This document shows positions 1 to 10,233 of a stretch of DNA of 62,541 nucleotides, one piece after another (position 1 is the first letter of the stretch; each line of letters opens with the position of its first letter). The position numbers were made by a program, and so were the translations under genes. Below the pieces are notes generated by a model, which saw nothing but the letters and a program-made list of their open reading frames with translations, was not told where the DNA came from and searched no databases. The DNA is taken from the NCBI GenBank assembly GCA_964194965.1, contig CAXMQD010000251.1, forward strand, positions 1-62,541, read 5' to 3'. Origin of the DNA: an uncultured Acidimicrobiia bacterium. Lineage in GTDB: Bacteria; Pseudomonadota; Alphaproteobacteria; Kiloniellales; J153.

Positions 1-12
1 GACTTGGTGGAA

Positions 13-942
13 TTATGCCCGCAATGGCATCACGAGATTTCGCGCAATCATGTCCGCGCCGACGGCCTTTAGTTCGCCGATCAACAGCAACGCAGCGGGG
101 GACAGAACGCTTGTCCGGCGGTAGCTGATGCCGACGGTGCGCGTCAGTGTGATATCGGGAACCGGCAAGGCTTTCAGGCCGGTCTTTTTGCTGTCGCCGA
201 TTACCTGAGTCGGATGCCAACCGATGAAATCGCTTTTCCGGATGACGCTCACCGCGAACAATGTAGAGTTCGAGTCGATGGTCGGTTTGGGTACCGGCAA
301 CTTCTTCGCCAGATAGAACGAATCCAGGTGACGGCGGCCGAGATTATCCTGACCGGGCAAGATCCAGTCGTATTCAAGACAATCTTCGGCCGTGATCTTC
401 TTTTTCCTTAACAAGGGGTGCCCGACGCGGACGGCCGGATGGGTCTGATCGAGGTAGAGCGGCTCGTGAATCAAATCGAGGTTGTCGTCATTTTCCGGGA
501 CCATGGACAACGCCAAGTCGATCTCGCCTCGCGCCAGATCGGGGATCAGGTCGTCGTAAAGCTCCCCGATCAATTTGATTTCTACATCCGGGTGGCGGGA
601 CTGAAGTCGAACGCAGGCTTCCGGCACCAGCTCGAGCCTCATGCTGGAACCGGCGCCGACGACCACCCGACCCGTGTTTCCGTCTTTGAGCGCGAAAATG
701 GCGTCTCGCGCACGTTGGATTTCTCCTTTGATAAGGTCCGCGTGAGCAGCCAGCGCTTCACCGTAAATCGTCGGACTGACTCCGCGCGGCAGCCGATCCA
801 ATAGCTTGACGCCGAGGCTCAACTCCAATCGGCGAACCGCCTTGCTAAGCGCAGGTTGGGTCACGTGCAGTTTTTCCGCGGCCTTGCCGAAGCTGCGGTT
901 TTCAACCGTCGCCAGGAAATATTGCAACTGCCGGAGGTCCAT
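13..942 (-). CDS. LysR-family transcriptional regulator
   Basis: 309-aa ORF. The N-terminal wHTH 'MDLRQLQYFLATVENRSFGKAAEKLHVTQPALSKAVRRLE' is classic LysR. It is divergent from the sulfatase/ABC operon. Confidence 0.9.
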   Translation of the reverse strand: MDLRQLQYFLATVENRSFGKAAEKLHVTQPALSKAVRRLELSLGVKLLDRLPRGVSPTIYGEALAAHADLIKGEIQRARDAIFALKDGNTGRVVVGAGSSMRLELVPEACVRLQSRHPDVEIKLIGELYDDLIPDLARGEIDLALSMVPENDDNLDLIHEPLYLDQTHPAVRVGHPLLRKKKITAEDCLEYDWILPGQDNLGRRHLDSFYLAKKLPVPKPTIDSNSTLFAVSVIRKSDFIGWHPTQVIGDSKKTGLKALPVPDITLTRTVGISYRRTSVLSPAALLLIGELKAVGADMIARNLVMPLRA

Positions 943-994
943 GGCCGTGAATCCTTAGGCATTCCAAAAAGTTTCGGGTACGGCACCAAATATA

Positions 995-1013
995 ATTAGT
1001 AGTTAACCCTAAT
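995..1013. promoter_or_regulatory. Interrupted dyad ATTAG-N9-CTAAT (candidate LysR box) overlapping a TATAAT hexamer at 991-996
   Basis: Read directly in the 125-bp lysR/sulfatase divergent intergenic region. LysR sites are typically T-N11-A interrupted dyads. There is no experimental support. Confidence 0.3.
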
Positions 1014-1067
1014 CGGTGTCAACCTGCGAACCGCAATCATTCGAAACGGCAAAAAAATATTCCGAAA

Positions 1068-2549
1068 ATGAGTTCGGACAGACCCAACATTCTTTGGTAC
1101 TGCACCGATCAACAGCGATTCGACACGATCCAGGCGCTCGGGAATACCCACATCCGGACCCCAAATATCGATCGAATGGTTGCCGGTGGCGCCGCCTTCA
1201 AGCGCGCCTATGTGCAGAGCCAGATTTGCACGCCGAGCCGGGCCTCGTTTTTAACCGGCCGGTATCCAGCAACGAATCACGTACATCGCAACGGCAACGC
1301 ATATTTTCCCGAATCCGAGATTCTGGTCACAAAAATGCTTGCGGACGCCGGGTACGATTGCGGATTGATCGGCAAACTTCATTTGGCCGGTGCGGCCGGC
1401 GGATTGGAACGGCGGACCGATGACGGATACCGACTATTCCAATGGAGCCATCATCCGAGACCCAATCTCGACCCGGAACACCATGCCTACTACCAATGGC
1501 TGGTGAACGAAAAAAATGTCGATCCGCGGGAACTCTATTCATCGATCCGAACGTTCTGTTGCGCAGGCGTGCCCGCGGAATACCACCAATCGACCTGGTG
1601 CACGGAAATGGCGATCCGGTTTATCGATGAGAAACGCGATGGACCCTGGATGCTGTCCATAAACCCGTTCGATCCGCATCCGCCGTTCGACCCGCCGCAG
1701 GAATATTTGGATCGGTATGACCCAAAGGATTTACCTGGGCCGTTGTTCCGTGAGTCGGATTTGGAACGGCAGGGCATGTTCCGGAATGTCTGCCAGCAAT
1801 CGATCGATGCCGTTGATCCAAATGGCGTAAACCTAGATCCGCCCCCGGGCCAAAGCCACAATGACACGGCCACATTGCCGCCGAAGTCCTTCGACGGTTT
1901 TCGGGTCCAAGCCGCCTACTACGCGATGATCGAATTACTGGACGCGCAGTTCGGCCGGTTGGTGGACTACCTCGACAATATCGGCCAATTGGAAAACACG
2001 ATTATCGTCTTTCATAGCGATCACGGCGAAATGCTGGGCGATCACGGTCTGCTCTACAAGGGTTGCCGGTTTTTCGAAGGATTGGTGCATGTGCCGCTGG
2101 TGTTTTTTTGGAAGGGCCGAATTAGATCTGGTTTGATCAGCGATGCGCTGGTCGAGATTGTCGACGTGGCGCCGACGCTTCTCGAAGCCGCCGGAATGGA
2201 AATTCCCTATTACATGCAGGGCCGATCGTTATTCGGAATTCTGAGTGGCGACGCCGACCCCAACCACCACAAATCAAGTGTCGTAACGGAATTTAACGAT
2301 GCCCTCGGCTCGGCAGATAACTCGTTGCCGACTCACGGCACAATGAATTTCGACGGGCATTTCAAGACAATCGTTTATCACGGCCTCGATCTGGGCGAAT
2401 TGTTCGATCTAGAAGAAGACCCAGGCGAGTTCGTCAACCTTTGGGACGAACCGGACCACAAAGACCTCAAACTCAAGCTCCTGCACAACCACTTGGACGC
2501 GATCATGGCGACAAGTTCGGCGGGTATCGAGCGGATCCACAGATTCTAG
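1068..2549 (+). CDS. Cys-type sulfatase (S1 family), no signal peptide
   Basis: 493 aa. Starts 'MSSDRPNILWYCTDQQ'. The active-site motif 'CTPSRASFLTGRYP' fits C-x-P-x-R. The 'FHSDHGEMLGDHG' metal/substrate motif is present. Confidence 0.9.
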   Translation: MSSDRPNILWYCTDQQRFDTIQALGNTHIRTPNIDRMVAGGAAFKRAYVQSQICTPSRASFLTGRYPATNHVHRNGNAYFPESEILVTKMLADAGYDCGLIGKLHLAGAAGGLERRTDDGYRLFQWSHHPRPNLDPEHHAYYQWLVNEKNVDPRELYSSIRTFCCAGVPAEYHQSTWCTEMAIRFIDEKRDGPWMLSINPFDPHPPFDPPQEYLDRYDPKDLPGPLFRESDLERQGMFRNVCQQSIDAVDPNGVNLDPPPGQSHNDTATLPPKSFDGFRVQAAYYAMIELLDAQFGRLVDYLDNIGQLENTIIVFHSDHGEMLGDHGLLYKGCRFFEGLVHVPLVFFWKGRIRSGLISDALVEIVDVAPTLLEAAGMEIPYYMQGRSLFGILSGDADPNHHKSSVVTEFNDALGSADNSLPTHGTMNFDGHFKTIVYHGLDLGELFDLEEDPGEFVNLWDEPDHKDLKLKLLHNHLDAIMATSSAGIERIHRF

Positions 2550-2679
2550 CGGAGAATGGATGAAATCCACAGGGTCATGGATTGCCCATGGAGGTCCAAA
2601 AGTGAATTTGGCGGCAGGCAACATCGAACCCGTTGTCACCGCGTTGGTGACGGCAACTAAAAACAGGGAGACATACGCA

Positions 2680-4284
2680 ATGGCAAGTCGAATGTTTTCA
2701 CGGAAACCGCGATGGCGGCTTCAAAATCTCTTCGTATCCGCGGCGAGCGCGATTGCGGTCGCCGCCGCAGGCAGTCTCGCGCTGACCGATACGGCGCGTG
2801 CGGACAATGTCTGCCCGAAGCGCGGTGGTATCCTGAAAACCGTGGATATGCACTACAAATTGGTGGATCCGTCGCAACGGGCCAACCCCATCTATTTCAT
2901 GCGATTGGTGTATGATTCGCTTTTGGATATATCCGAGGATCTAGCCTTAACCCCAGGTTTGGCGGATTCCATGCCGCAGCAGGTCGATAAAACGACCTTC
3001 ATTTTCAAATTGCGCGAGGGCGTGAAGTTCCATGACGGAACGGAATTCAATGCCGAAGCGGTGAAGTTTAATGTAGACCGCTTGATCGCCGGCGAGGTTA
3101 AGTCCCCCTACACCGGAACCTGGAAGAAATTCACCAAGTCTGTGACCGCCGTCGATTCCATGACCGTGAAGTTCGAGTTGAACGAAGAGTGGCCGTCATT
3201 CCTCTGGGGCGTCGCAAGTTCACTTGGAATTGCGTCGCCGACTTCGGTCAAGAAATTGGGCAAGGATTACGGGATCAAGGGTGCGGCAGGCACAGGACCG
3301 TTTATGTTCGACAAGTTCCAACCGAAAAAGCAGCTCAATCTATCTCGCAACCCGAATTACTACCGCCAGGGCGAGCCCTGCTTGGACGGCTTCCAGGCCC
3401 GGACCATCAAATCGGGGAGCGTCCGGATATTGTCCCTCAAAAAAGGCGATCTGGATGTCATCAATACTTTTCCGGAATCCCAGTTTCCGCAGCTGGAAGC
3501 CGAAGACACGGTCATCGTCGAAGAGGGCAAGGCATCCACGTTGACATTGCTGCCCATGAACACCCGGCATCCGGCCCTGAAAGACAAAAGGGTTCGGCAG
3601 GCCATTCAATATGCCGTCAACGGGCAGGAGCTGATCGATAACGTGTACCGCGGCGCCGGCGTCATGATCGAAAGCGTATTTCCGCCGTGGCATCCCGGCT
3701 TTTCCAAAGCCGATACGACGCCGATCCGCCAGGATATCGAGAAGGCCAAATCGCTGTTGAAAGAGGCCGGCTACGGTCCGGGCGGTAAGAAACTGGTGTT
3801 GAATATGGAGACCGGTTCGGGTGGCGCCCACGTTCAGCGTGGCGTGCTTATACAAGCCCAATTGAAAGCGGTTGGCATCGATCTCAAGGTCGCGAATATT
3901 TCCGCCGGACAGATGTTCTCGAATATGCGCTCGGGGAACTATCAGTTAGCCCTGTGGCAAATGCTCGGCGGCCCCAATATGAAGGATTATGCTTGGGACC
4001 TGTATTCGGCAGAGGGTGGCAACAACGTCACCTATTACAACAAGGAAGGCGGATATCAGAACGCCCGGGTCGACGAATTGGCAAATGAAATCGTCGAAAC
4101 CGAAGACCCGTCCCAGGTGCAGGCACAGATCAAGGAGATGCAAAAACTGGTCTTTGAGGACGTCCCCTACATCTTCCTCAATTACCGCAATCACCGCACC
4201 GCGCGCCGGACTTATGTGAAGAACTTCAAAACCGGAAAACTTAAAGGCCGTGAAGACATCCGCCGCGTGTGGATCGATAAATAA
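2680..4284 (+). CDS. ABC transporter substrate-binding protein, family 5 (peptide/opine/nickel type)
   Basis: Track ORF is 2560..4284. I prefer the ATG at 2680 (AGGGAG 10 nt upstream), which gives the signal peptide 'MASRMFSRKPRWRLQNLFVSAASAIAVAAAGSLALTDTARA'. Length and 'NPNYYRQG' region are typical of DppA/OppA-like SBPs. Confidence 0.85.
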   Translation: MASRMFSRKPRWRLQNLFVSAASAIAVAAAGSLALTDTARADNVCPKRGGILKTVDMHYKLVDPSQRANPIYFMRLVYDSLLDISEDLALTPGLADSMPQQVDKTTFIFKLREGVKFHDGTEFNAEAVKFNVDRLIAGEVKSPYTGTWKKFTKSVTAVDSMTVKFELNEEWPSFLWGVASSLGIASPTSVKKLGKDYGIKGAAGTGPFMFDKFQPKKQLNLSRNPNYYRQGEPCLDGFQARTIKSGSVRILSLKKGDLDVINTFPESQFPQLEAEDTVIVEEGKASTLTLLPMNTRHPALKDKRVRQAIQYAVNGQELIDNVYRGAGVMIESVFPPWHPGFSKADTTPIRQDIEKAKSLLKEAGYGPGGKKLVLNMETGSGGAHVQRGVLIQAQLKAVGIDLKVANISAGQMFSNMRSGNYQLALWQMLGGPNMKDYAWDLYSAEGGNNVTYYNKEGGYQNARVDELANEIVETEDPSQVQAQIKEMQKLVFEDVPYIFLNYRNHRTARRTYVKNFKTGKLKGREDIRRVWIDK

Positions 4285-4297
4285 TGTACCTCCCGTA

Positions 4298-4342
4298 CCC
4301 CCGTTCGGCCGGATTTCCGTAGCCGGCCGAACGGGGCTTTTT
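4298..4342 (+). terminator. Rho-independent-type hairpin immediately after the SBP gene (intra-operon attenuator or terminator)
   Basis: Perfect 14-bp stem ccccgttcggccgg / ccggccgaacgggg with a ~10-nt loop, followed by cttttt. It lies 14 nt after the stop at 4284 and 33 nt before the permease start. Confidence 0.7.
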
Positions 4343-4374
4343 ATGAGCGCCTTTGTTCTGGTATTTAGATTGTC

Positions 4375-5322
4375 ATGTTGACGACCATCGTCATCCGGAG
4401 GCTGCTGCTCTCTATCCCAACGATTCTCGGGGTTGCAACCCTGGCCTTCATTCTCGGGCACCTGTCGCCGGGCGATCCGGCGATCGCGGCCATGGGATTG
4501 GACTTGGAAGGGTATTCGACGGTCGAGCCCGGCGAATTGGAGCGGGTTCGGAAGGAACTCGGCCTCGACAGGCCCTTGCTCGTTCAATACGCACAGTGGC
4601 TCGGCAAAGCCGTTCAGGGCGACTTCGGCCGGTCCTTTGTCAGCACCTCGGAAGTTTCCGACTTGGTGTTTGAAGCTCTGCCGACGACGTTGATGTTGCT
4701 GGTCATGACCATGACATCGGCGGCGGTCATCGGCATTGCCCTGGGTGTTATTTCCGCCGTCTACCGCGGTAAGAGCGGAGATTACATTGCCCGGATGATC
4801 GCCATTATCGGCGTTAGCACACCCACATTCTGGTTCGCCTTAGTTTTGATGCTGGTGTTCGCTTTCGCCATTCCCATATTTCCCATGACCGGCTCCGTCG
4901 AGGAGCACGGGATTTCCGCGCTGGTCCTGCCGACGGCGGCGATTGCCCTTCATCCCGCTGCGCTTATTGCCCGCATGATGCGCTCGAGCATGCTCGAAGT
5001 GTTGTCGCAGGATATGGTCCGGACCGCCACCGCCAAGGGCCTGAGCAAGTGGCGGGTATTTATGGTCCACGCCTTTCGTAACGCCATCAATCCGGTCATC
5101 ACGGTGATCGGTTTTCAGTTCGCCAACCTCATGGGCGGCGCGGTCGCCGTCGAGTTCATCTTTTCGCTGCCCGGACTCGGCAGCCTGTTGATCGAGGGGA
5201 TTTACGAGAAAGACATATTGGTCCTCCAGGGCGCGGTACTGGTTATCGGTGTCGGTTTCGCGCTCTCCAACTTGATCGTCGACCTGCTTTATATGGTCAT
5301 CGATCCGAGGATCCGGCTATGA
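4375..5322 (+). CDS. ABC transporter permease (DppB/OppB-like)
   Basis: 315 aa, multi-TM, BPD_transp_1-type region 'TATAKGLSKWRVFMVHAFRNAINPVIT'. Confidence 0.9.
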   Translation: MLTTIVIRRLLLSIPTILGVATLAFILGHLSPGDPAIAAMGLDLEGYSTVEPGELERVRKELGLDRPLLVQYAQWLGKAVQGDFGRSFVSTSEVSDLVFEALPTTLMLLVMTMTSAAVIGIALGVISAVYRGKSGDYIARMIAIIGVSTPTFWFALVLMLVFAFAIPIFPMTGSVEEHGISALVLPTAAIALHPAALIARMMRSSMLEVLSQDMVRTATAKGLSKWRVFMVHAFRNAINPVITVIGFQFANLMGGAVAVEFIFSLPGLGSLLIEGIYEKDILVLQGAVLVIGVGFALSNLIVDLLYMVIDPRIRL

Positions 5323-6197
5323 CCCCAGGCGGCGCGGACAAACACGGCAATTGGGGGCTGTTCGTGGACAGCTTCAAGCGGTTTCTTTCCAGTAAGTTGA
5401 ACAGGTTCAGCTTTGGCCTAACCATGTTTCTGTTGTTGATGGCGGTCGCCGCACCCGTGATTGCGCCTTACCCCTTCGACCAGGTCGATCCCGCGAACGG
5501 CTTGCTGTCGCCCAATTGGGACCATTTGATGGGCACCGACAACGCTGGCCGGGATATACTTTCGCGCGTCCTTTACGGTGCGCGCACCTCACTTTCCATG
5601 GGAATCCTTACCGTCCTGTTCGGTCTGGTCACGGGTGTCTTCATCGGCGCGCTGTCCGGATACGTGGGCGGCATGGTTGACGAATTGATTATGCGCGTCG
5701 TCGAAATCTTTATGTCAATTCCCGGGATTGTCATGGCGTTGGCGCTCGTGAGCGTGCTGGGTCCGAGCTTGCCGTTTATCGTTCTCGCTCTATCGATCCG
5801 GCGCATCACGCAGTTCGCGCGGGTCGCGCGCGGCGCCGTCCTCAGCGTAAAGAATCAAGATTACATCATCGCCTGCCACGCCGTCGGCATGAGCGACCTG
5901 CGGATCGTTTTCGGCCATGTCCTGCCCAATTGCATCGGGCCCATCATCGTTCTGGCGACGGTGTTGTTGGGGAACGTCATTTTGACGGAATCGACGTTGA
6001 GCTTTCTCGGCATGGGCATCCAGGAACCGACACCGAGCTGGGGCACCATGATTGCCCAGGGAAACGAATTTCTGACCTTCGCGCCGTGGCTGTCGATTTT
6101 TCCCGGCGGCTTCCTGTTTCTAACCATGGTCGCCTTCAATCTATTGGGTGACGGCGTTCGGGATCACCTCGACCCGCGCGGCGGTAGTGTTGTTTGA
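5319..6197 (+). CDS. ABC transporter permease (DppC/OppC-like)
   Basis: 292 aa. 4-nt overlap with the upstream permease. 'GTDNAGRDILSRVLYGARTSL' is typical of DppC/OppC. Confidence 0.9.
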   Translation: MTPGGADKHGNWGLFVDSFKRFLSSKLNRFSFGLTMFLLLMAVAAPVIAPYPFDQVDPANGLLSPNWDHLMGTDNAGRDILSRVLYGARTSLSMGILTVLFGLVTGVFIGALSGYVGGMVDELIMRVVEIFMSIPGIVMALALVSVLGPSLPFIVLALSIRRITQFARVARGAVLSVKNQDYIIACHAVGMSDLRIVFGHVLPNCIGPIIVLATVLLGNVILTESTLSFLGMGIQEPTPSWGTMIAQGNEFLTFAPWLSIFPGGFLFLTMVAFNLLGDGVRDHLDPRGGSVV

Positions 6198-6210
6198 AAG
6201 AGACCATGAA

Positions 6211-7743
6211 ATGACCAACAAACCTAACATCCTGCTCATCACTTCGGATCAACACCGTGGCGATTGTTTCGGGTTCGAAGGCCGCAACGTCAAAACGCCG
6301 CACCTGGATCGCATGGCTCGGGAGGGAATGCGCTTTTCGAATTGCATAACGCCCAATGCTGTCTGCCAGCCGTCCCGCGCGTCAATTCTGACCGGTTTGC
6401 TTCCCTGCACCCACGGCGTCAGCGACAACGGCATCGACCTAGAAACGGAGCAGGGCGAATTGGGCTTTGGACGCACGCTCGCAAAAGCCGGGTATCGTAG
6501 TGGGTATGTCGGCAAGACCCATTTCTCGACCCATCACACGTTCCAACCGACGGGCACGCCGGAATGCAAATATACCATCCCGACGATGCCCGACGATTGG
6601 ATGGGTCCTTACATGGGTTTCGATCATATGGAGACCATGATGCTCGGCCATTACGCGAATGGCCGGCCGACTCCGCCGCCGAACTCCCTGCATTACGAAC
6701 GCTGGCTCTACGCCGACGGCCGAGGGCACGATAAAATCAAACTTTGGGAGACTCACCTTCCGCCCGATGCGGGAGCGCCGCAAACTTGGAATTCGGCGCT
6801 GCCCGTGGCCTGGCATCACTCGACCTGGGTCGGAAACCAGACGGTTCGGTATCTGGAACAACACAACGACGAGCCCTTTGTTATGTGGGCGTCGTTTCCC
6901 GATCCGCACACGCCCTTCGATTGTCCGGAACCCTGGAGCCGCTTGCATCATCCGGACGAGGTCGAAATTCCCTATCACATGGATCGAGACCTTGACCGGC
7001 GGCCCTGGTGGCACGCGAAGAGCCTGCAAGGCACGCCGGTTATGCCCGACAAAGAACTGCAGATACACCGGGCGACTTATTCCCGCGTGACACCGCTCGG
7101 CGAAGAGAAACTGCGCCACACCATCGCGAACTACTATGGCATGATTTCTCTCATCGATCACAATGTGGGGCGCATCCTGACCGCACTCGACGAACAGGGA
7201 TTAAGCGACAATACCCTGGTGGTATTCACATCCGATCACGGTGAGTGGCTCGGCGATCACGGCCTGTTGTTGAAAGGCCCCATGCTTTACGAAGGTCTGC
7301 TGCGGGTTGGATGCATCGTCCGGGGGCCGGGCGTTGCAAAGGACCATGTATCCGACGCGCCCATCTCGACGCTTGATCTGGCCGCCACGTTCTATGATTA
7401 CGCGGGATTAAGTGCGCCGACCGACATCCACAGCCAAAGCCTCCGGGGAATGATCGAAGGCCATGACCAGGCGCGCGACTTCGCCCATAGCGAATGGGAT
7501 TTGCGACCGTCGCGCAGCGGCGTCGAATTGCACCTCCGGACGGTTCGCACCAAGTCCGCAAAACTGACGTTGGAGGAAATTTCCGGCGTTGGCGAAATGT
7601 ACGATCTAAACAACGATCCGCACGAAATGGATAACCGGTTCGGCGACCCCGGTTCCGCGGCACTTCAGAAAGAGCTCACCGATATGATTCGGTCCCGGCC
7701 GGACGATACGATTCCGGCCAAACAGCCGGTGGGGATGGCCTAA
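6211..7743 (+). CDS. Cys-type sulfatase, no signal peptide, embedded in the ABC operon
   Basis: Track ORF is 6148..7743. I prefer the ATG at 6211, giving 'MTNKPNILLITSDQHRGD'. Contains 'CQPSRASILTG' and 'FTSDHGEWLGDHG'. It starts 13 nt after the permease stop, and its stop is 2 nt before the ATPase start. Confidence 0.9.
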   Translation: MTNKPNILLITSDQHRGDCFGFEGRNVKTPHLDRMAREGMRFSNCITPNAVCQPSRASILTGLLPCTHGVSDNGIDLETEQGELGFGRTLAKAGYRSGYVGKTHFSTHHTFQPTGTPECKYTIPTMPDDWMGPYMGFDHMETMMLGHYANGRPTPPPNSLHYERWLYADGRGHDKIKLWETHLPPDAGAPQTWNSALPVAWHHSTWVGNQTVRYLEQHNDEPFVMWASFPDPHTPFDCPEPWSRLHHPDEVEIPYHMDRDLDRRPWWHAKSLQGTPVMPDKELQIHRATYSRVTPLGEEKLRHTIANYYGMISLIDHNVGRILTALDEQGLSDNTLVVFTSDHGEWLGDHGLLLKGPMLYEGLLRVGCIVRGPGVAKDHVSDAPISTLDLAATFYDYAGLSAPTDIHSQSLRGMIEGHDQARDFAHSEWDLRPSRSGVELHLRTVRTKSAKLTLEEISGVGEMYDLNNDPHEMDNRFGDPGSAALQKELTDMIRSRPDDTIPAKQPVGMA

Positions 7744-7745
7744 TC

Positions 7746-8741
7746 TTGGACGTTCGCACGCCAATTCTTGAACTGAAGGAACTCGAAACACATTTCGAAA
7801 CCCGCGATGGGATTGTGCGCGCAGTGGACAAAGTCAGTTACGCCGTCGGGGCCGGGGAGACCCTGGGCGTGGTCGGCGAGTCCGGATGTGGAAAAAGCGT
7901 TACGTCGCTTTCCATATTAAGACTGATCCCGACCCCGCCGGGCCGGATCGTCGGCGGTCAAGTCTGGTTCGAGGGCGAAGATCTGACCCAGGTTTCCGAA
8001 GACCGTATCCGCCAGGTGCGTGGCAACGACATCTCCATGATTTTCCAAGAGCCCATGACGTCCCTGAATCCCATGATGACGGTCGGCAGGCAAATCGCCG
8101 AGCCGTTGATCCGCCACCGGGGATTGTCGAAATCGGAAGCGGCCGGACGGGCCAAGGAAATGCTGCAATTGGTGCACATTCCCGATGCAGATCGCTGGCT
8201 CGATGGCTATCCACACGAAATGTCCGGCGGCATGCGGCAGCGGGTGATGATCGCCATGGCGCTGGCCTGTGATCCGAAAGTCCTGATTGCGGACGAACCG
8301 ACGACCGCCCTAGACGTCACCATTCAGGCGCAAATTCTGCTTTTGATACGGGAATTACAGGAGAAGCTCGGCACCGCCGTGGTCATGATTACTCACGATC
8401 TCGGCGTTATTGCGGAAACGGCGGACCGGGTCGTCGTCATGTACGCGGGCCGCAAGGTCGAGGAATCCGGTGTGGAAGACTTGTTCGCCAACCCACGCCA
8501 TCCCTATACGGTTGGATTGATGACCGCGGTCCCGCGGTTGGACAAAATTACATCAGGTATGGCGTACAACGAACGGTTGACTGAAATTCCCGGCGTTGTG
8601 CCGCCACTGCACGAATTGCCGGCGGGATGCGCCTTCGCCAGCCGCTGTTCATTCGCGACCGACCGTTGTCGCCAAGAAAAACCTGTATTCGAAGAGAAAT
8701 CTCCGGGCCATTGGGCCGCTTGTTTCGCGGAGATCGGTTGA
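7746..8741 (+). CDS. ABC transporter ATP-binding protein (DppD/OppD-like)
   Basis: 331 aa, TTG start. Walker A 'GESGCGKS', signature 'MSGGMRQR', Walker B '[11 protein letters not shown]', and a C-terminal oligopeptide-type Cys-rich tail. Confidence 0.9.
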   Translation: MDVRTPILELKELETHFETRDGIVRAVDKVSYAVGAGETLGVVGESGCGKSVTSLSILRLIPTPPGRIVGGQVWFEGEDLTQVSEDRIRQVRGNDISMIFQEPMTSLNPMMTVGRQIAEPLIRHRGLSKSEAAGRAKEMLQLVHIPDADRWLDGYPHEMSGGMRQRVMIAMALACDPKVLIADEPTTALDVTIQAQILLLIRELQEKLGTAVVMITHDLGVIAETADRVVVMYAGRKVEESGVEDLFANPRHPYTVGLMTAVPRLDKITSGMAYNERLTEIPGVVPPLHELPAGCAFASRCSFATDRCRQEKPVFEEKSPGHWAACFAEIG

Positions 8742-9733
8742 TGGCCTTGGACTCGCAAAACCCGAAACCGCCGCTGTTGGAAGTCAACGACCTGAAGACC
8801 TATTTCCCGGTCCGAAAGGGCGTGCTGTCCACCATCCAAGGCTACGTTTACGCCGTCGACGGCGTCTCAATCACAGTGAACGATGGAGAAACGCTCGGGC
8901 TTGTGGGAGAAAGCGGTTCAGGGAAGTCGACGCTCGGAAAATCCGTGTTACGGATCGTCGAGCCGACCTCGGGAGAAATCAAGATTCGCGGTAAGAATAT
9001 CATCGGACTTTCCAAGTCGGAGATGTTCGCCTATCGCCGCGAAGTCCAAATGGTGTTTCAAGACCCCTACTCGTCGCTTAACCCACGCATTCCGGTCGGC
9101 AAAATCGTCGCCGAGGTCATGCGGGTGCATGGTATCGCCTCGGGTCGGGAGGCCCGTGAACGGGTCAATGACATCTTCGAGAAAGTTGGGCTCTGGCCGT
9201 CGCAAACACGAAACTACGCCAACGAATTTTCAGGCGGTCAGCGGCAACGGATCGGGATCGCCCGGGCCTTGGCGTTGAACCCCAGCTTGATCATCGCCGA
9301 TGAGCCTGTTTCCGCCCTCGACGTGTCCGTGCAGGCGCAGGTGATTAATCTGTTCATGGATTTGCAAGAAGAGTTTGGCATCTCTTATTTGTTTATCGCC
9401 CATGACCTCGCCGTCGTCGCGCAAATCTGTCATCGCATCGCGGTCATGTATCTGGGTCGCCTTGTTGAACTGGCGGACCGGGACACGCTGTTCAGAAACC
9501 CCCTGCACCCCTACACCCAGGCGCTATTGGCTTCGATCCCTATTCCCAATCCGAAAATAAAACCGACCACGGAGCGGCTCATTCAAGGGGACATCCCAAG
9601 CCCAAGCAATCCACCGAATGGGTGTCGTTTTCATACCAGGTGCCCGCTTGCCGAGCACCGTTGCCGCGTCGAAACGCCTGAGTTCAAGGAAATCGAAACC
9701 GGTCATTGGGCCGCCTGCCATCTGCAAAATTGA
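8741..9733 (+). CDS. ABC transporter ATP-binding protein (DppF/OppF-like)
   Basis: Track ORF is 8627..9733. I prefer the ATG at 8741, which overlaps the upstream TGA (ATGA coupling). Starts '[22 protein letters not shown]'. Contains 'GESGSGKS', 'FSGGQRQR' and 'IIADEPVSALD'. Confidence 0.9.
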   Translation: MALDSQNPKPPLLEVNDLKTYFPVRKGVLSTIQGYVYAVDGVSITVNDGETLGLVGESGSGKSTLGKSVLRIVEPTSGEIKIRGKNIIGLSKSEMFAYRREVQMVFQDPYSSLNPRIPVGKIVAEVMRVHGIASGREARERVNDIFEKVGLWPSQTRNYANEFSGGQRQRIGIARALALNPSLIIADEPVSALDVSVQAQVINLFMDLQEEFGISYLFIAHDLAVVAQICHRIAVMYLGRLVELADRDTLFRNPLHPYTQALLASIPIPNPKIKPTTERLIQGDIPSPSNPPNGCRFHTRCPLAEHRCRVETPEFKEIETGHWAACHLQN

Positions 9734-10233
9734 CTCTGCGCTATCTTCAGAAGTGCGATACCCGGCCCATCCTCTTCGGGGCGCAACGGCTTGCGGACGA
9801 CACCGGGATAGGCGACGCCACCCACTCCAGAGACGTGGTGGCGACAAAGGTTTCTTCCGTCATCGAGCATTCCCCCTAGGCCATTCTGACACAGCGTAAT
9901 CGGGGACCCTATTTGGGGGCCGCCTAAATTTCTAAGATGTTATGGTATTTGTATAATTTAGTTTTTCGGCAAACTGATTTCGCCTCCTGTCGCCCCATCC
10001 TAAAACCCCCAAACCGGGTTGCAGGATCACGCTGTCGATGAAAACATAGGTGTGCTACCGTCTTCGGCGGCTGGGATGAATCCTCTGGGAAGTCCCGGTT
10101 CAGATCACCGATAATAATTCGGAATAGTGCAGACCAATGTGGCGTGGCGGAAAAAGACCTTCATAAATGACCGTCCTATGGGTGCTCGGTGCAGTTTGGT
10201 GTGCCGGCCCGGCGTGAAAAATAGCGAGGCTCA

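Noticed and set aside
9816-9843. Inverted repeat cgccacc / ggtggcg downstream of the DppF-like gene as a terminator
   Set aside because: The stem is only 7 bp with a 14-nt loop and no adjacent T-tract, which is not convincing.
9900-10233. Possible Moco riboswitch or sigma70 promoter (TATAAT at 9953-9958) upstream of the molybdoenzyme operon
   Set aside because: I cannot reproduce the Moco motif consensus by eye. The TATAAT has a poor -35 and lies about 280 nt from the start codon. A covariance-model scan (Rfam Moco_RNA_motif) would decide.
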